From a phage, in sequence record PZ452606.1: a stretch of 64,000 bases of DNA. One strand, given 5' to 3'. A model generated the notes under the pieces. The model ran no database searches, was not told where the DNA came from, and saw only the letters and a program-made list of their open reading frames with translations. Below are positions 62,544 to 64,000 of the stretch, piece by piece. Position 1 is the first letter of the stretch. Each line of letters begins with the position of its first letter. The translations under genes and the position numbers were made by a program.

Positions 62544-63274
62544 TCACCTTTATAGTCTTTTTTCACAATATGAGTTTCGCCAGTATTCCACCAATGATCA
62601 ACCAAGTAAAAATGACGAGAATATACATGAAGACTTCCGACATTCCATATAATAGAACCTGCTTTATACTGACGAGATGAATCGCCGGCATTCAAATCAG
62701 ATACTAATTTATCTAATACGTATTTTTGCCATGCATAATCATTACGGAATCCGAAGACCACGTCATTTGAGCGCATGCTTACTACTGCATTGACTTTCTT
62801 ATCACGAATCAGGTACTGTACTGTATTAGTACACATGAAATCTGACATACCATCTTTATTGTAGTCAAATTGCATGGATGGACGAGTATAAATCATGATA
62901 CCACGTCGAGAATCAGGATTTTGACCAAGTTCAGCTAAACACATATCATACTGGGCATAGTTATCTTCTGACCAAATAGCCCAACCATAATTCGAGTTAA
63001 TTTCGCCTTTAGAAGATGCTACCTGCTGCCAAATCTTTGGTGTTTCACCTGGAATATCTTTAACAAACAAGCTCTTAGATTTATACCATTCAAGTTCACG
63101 TTGAATGTATTCATCATTAAGAGCGCCAAAAATAAACGGTTCATCTGCTACAAATGATGCGCCAATAATTTCAATAGTTTTAACACCAGTTTTATCAACT
63201 ACGAAATCTTTTTCTTTTAATGCAAGCCCCAAATGAAGACGGATTTCTTCAACTGTCATAGAGTCACTAATCAT
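62534..63274 (-). CDS. 42: dCMP hydroxymethylase gp42
   Basis: 246 aa; matches T4 gp42 from memory. Confidence 0.95.
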   Translation of the reverse strand: MISDSMTVEEIRLHLGLALKEKDFVVDKTGVKTIEIIGASFVADEPFIFGALNDEYIQRELEWYKSKSLFVKDIPGETPKIWQQVASSKGEINSNYGWAIWSEDNYAQYDMCLAELGQNPDSRRGIMIYTRPSMQFDYNKDGMSDFMCTNTVQYLIRDKKVNAVVSMRSNDVVFGFRNDYAWQKYVLDKLVSDLNAGDSSRQYKAGSIIWNVGSLHVYSRHFYLVDHWWNTGETHIVKKDYKGEWK

Positions 63275-63281
63275 TTAAACC

Positions 63282-63431
63282 TCAATTGATACATTCATAT
63301 TTAACTTGTAACAGTAATAAACCCCAACCTAAAATAATAGTTGGAATCATAAGAGGAACCGTTACACTATAGTATATACTTATTATAATCATCAAGATTA
63401 AAAGCAACACTGCTATAATTTTGCTTTTCAT
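63282..63431 (-). CDS. small hydrophobic membrane peptide
   Basis: 49 aa read by eye (MKSKIIAVLLLILMIII...); ATGA overlap with imm stop. Confidence 0.35.
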   Translation of the reverse strand: MKSKIIAVLLLILMIIISIYYSVTVPLMIPTIILGWGLLLLQVKYECIN

Positions 63432-63679
63432 TCCTTCTCTCTGATGATAATTACTTGATTTGGCTGTGCAGACTTTTTAGTTTCACCTGCAATTGACCAA
63501 ATAAATGTAATAAACCAACCAATAATTGACCAGTTAAACAGCAAAGACGTGAAAAAGATTCCTACTGTCGATTTTGACCCACGCATCAAGGCGATAAACC
63601 ATGGAAGCATGTATATAATAATAGCCAACACACCTGAAACTAAAACCATAAAAATTGAACCTGCTACTAAAGTTTCCAT
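63428..63679 (-). CDS. imm: immunity to superinfection protein Imm
   Basis: 83 aa, two TM helices; matches T4 Imm. Confidence 0.9.
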   Translation of the reverse strand: METLVAGSIFMVLVSGVLAIIIYMLPWFIALMRGSKSTVGIFFTSLLFNWSIIGWFITFIWSIAGETKKSAQPNQVIIIREKE

Positions 63680-63686
63680 GTTTTCC

Positions 63687-64000
63687 TCACTTAGTCAAAT
63701 TTTTTACACATGAATTATAAGAATTCACTACATACTCCATCGGAGCATTTTTACCGGTACGCCATTGGTAATTATTAGCCCAATTAGCCCAAATTTCGGC
63801 GCAGTAGTTTTCAATTTTTTCTTCGCGTGTAATTACATCAGAATTACGATATGCTTGAGCAGATTCATCTGGACGAATAGCTTCGTCAAAATTCGCCTGC
63901 ATTTGTTCTACTGTTTGCTTTGGAGCTTCTTTATAACACTTGACATTAGGATTATAAAATTTGCTTGAACAGTTTACAATTTTTCCTACATCAGACTGAT
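63687..64000 (-). CDS. hypothetical protein, possibly partial
   Basis: Frame open from 63687 to the window edge; ATG at 63902 lacks a clear SD, so the start may lie beyond 64000. Confidence 0.4.
   Translation of the reverse strand, partial: QSDVGKIVNCSSKFYNPNVKCYKEAPKQTVEQMQANFDEAIRPDESAQAYRNSDVITREEKIENYCAEIWANWANNYQWRTGKNAPMEYVVNSYNSCVKNLTK

Overview
This 64 kb window is a segment of a T-even (T4-like) coliphage genome with hydroxymethylcytosine DNA metabolism genes. Most proteins match T4 from memory of sequence, length and gene order. Minus-strand blocks run rIII-31-cd-pseT-spanins-alc-rnlA(63)-denA-nrdB-HNH endonuclease-nrdA-td-frd-32-59-33-dsbA-rnh, then asiA-arn-motA-52-ac-stp-ndd-denB-rIIB-rIIA-39-goF-cef-motB-dexA-dda-srd-modA-modB-soc-56-61-sp-dmd-41-40-uvsX-glycosyltransferase-42-imm. 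The long tail fibre genes 34-35-36-37-38 and holin t lie on the plus strand. Several traits are T2/T6-like rather than T4-like: a glycine-rich gp38 adhesin, gp37 with a C-terminal intramolecular chaperone domain, an uninterrupted gene 39 without the gene 60 bypass, intron-less td and nrdB, and no dam/gene 69 between 56 and 61. No tRNA, rRNA, CRISPR or transposon was seen. Nothing here is clearly a new multi-gene system; the best candidates for undescribed biology are an extra ORF between frd and td, a convergent small membrane ORF replacing the dam region, an antisense MotA-type promoter facing modA, a duplicated gene pair sharing a 49-nt 3' repeat, and a Cys/Ser-rich protein. Coordinates of track ORFs are from the supplied track (some starts moved to an internal ATG with a Shine-Dalgarno); coordinates I derived by eye (small ORFs, promoters, hairpins) may be off by 1-2 nt. 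All homology statements are from memory, not from a database search.
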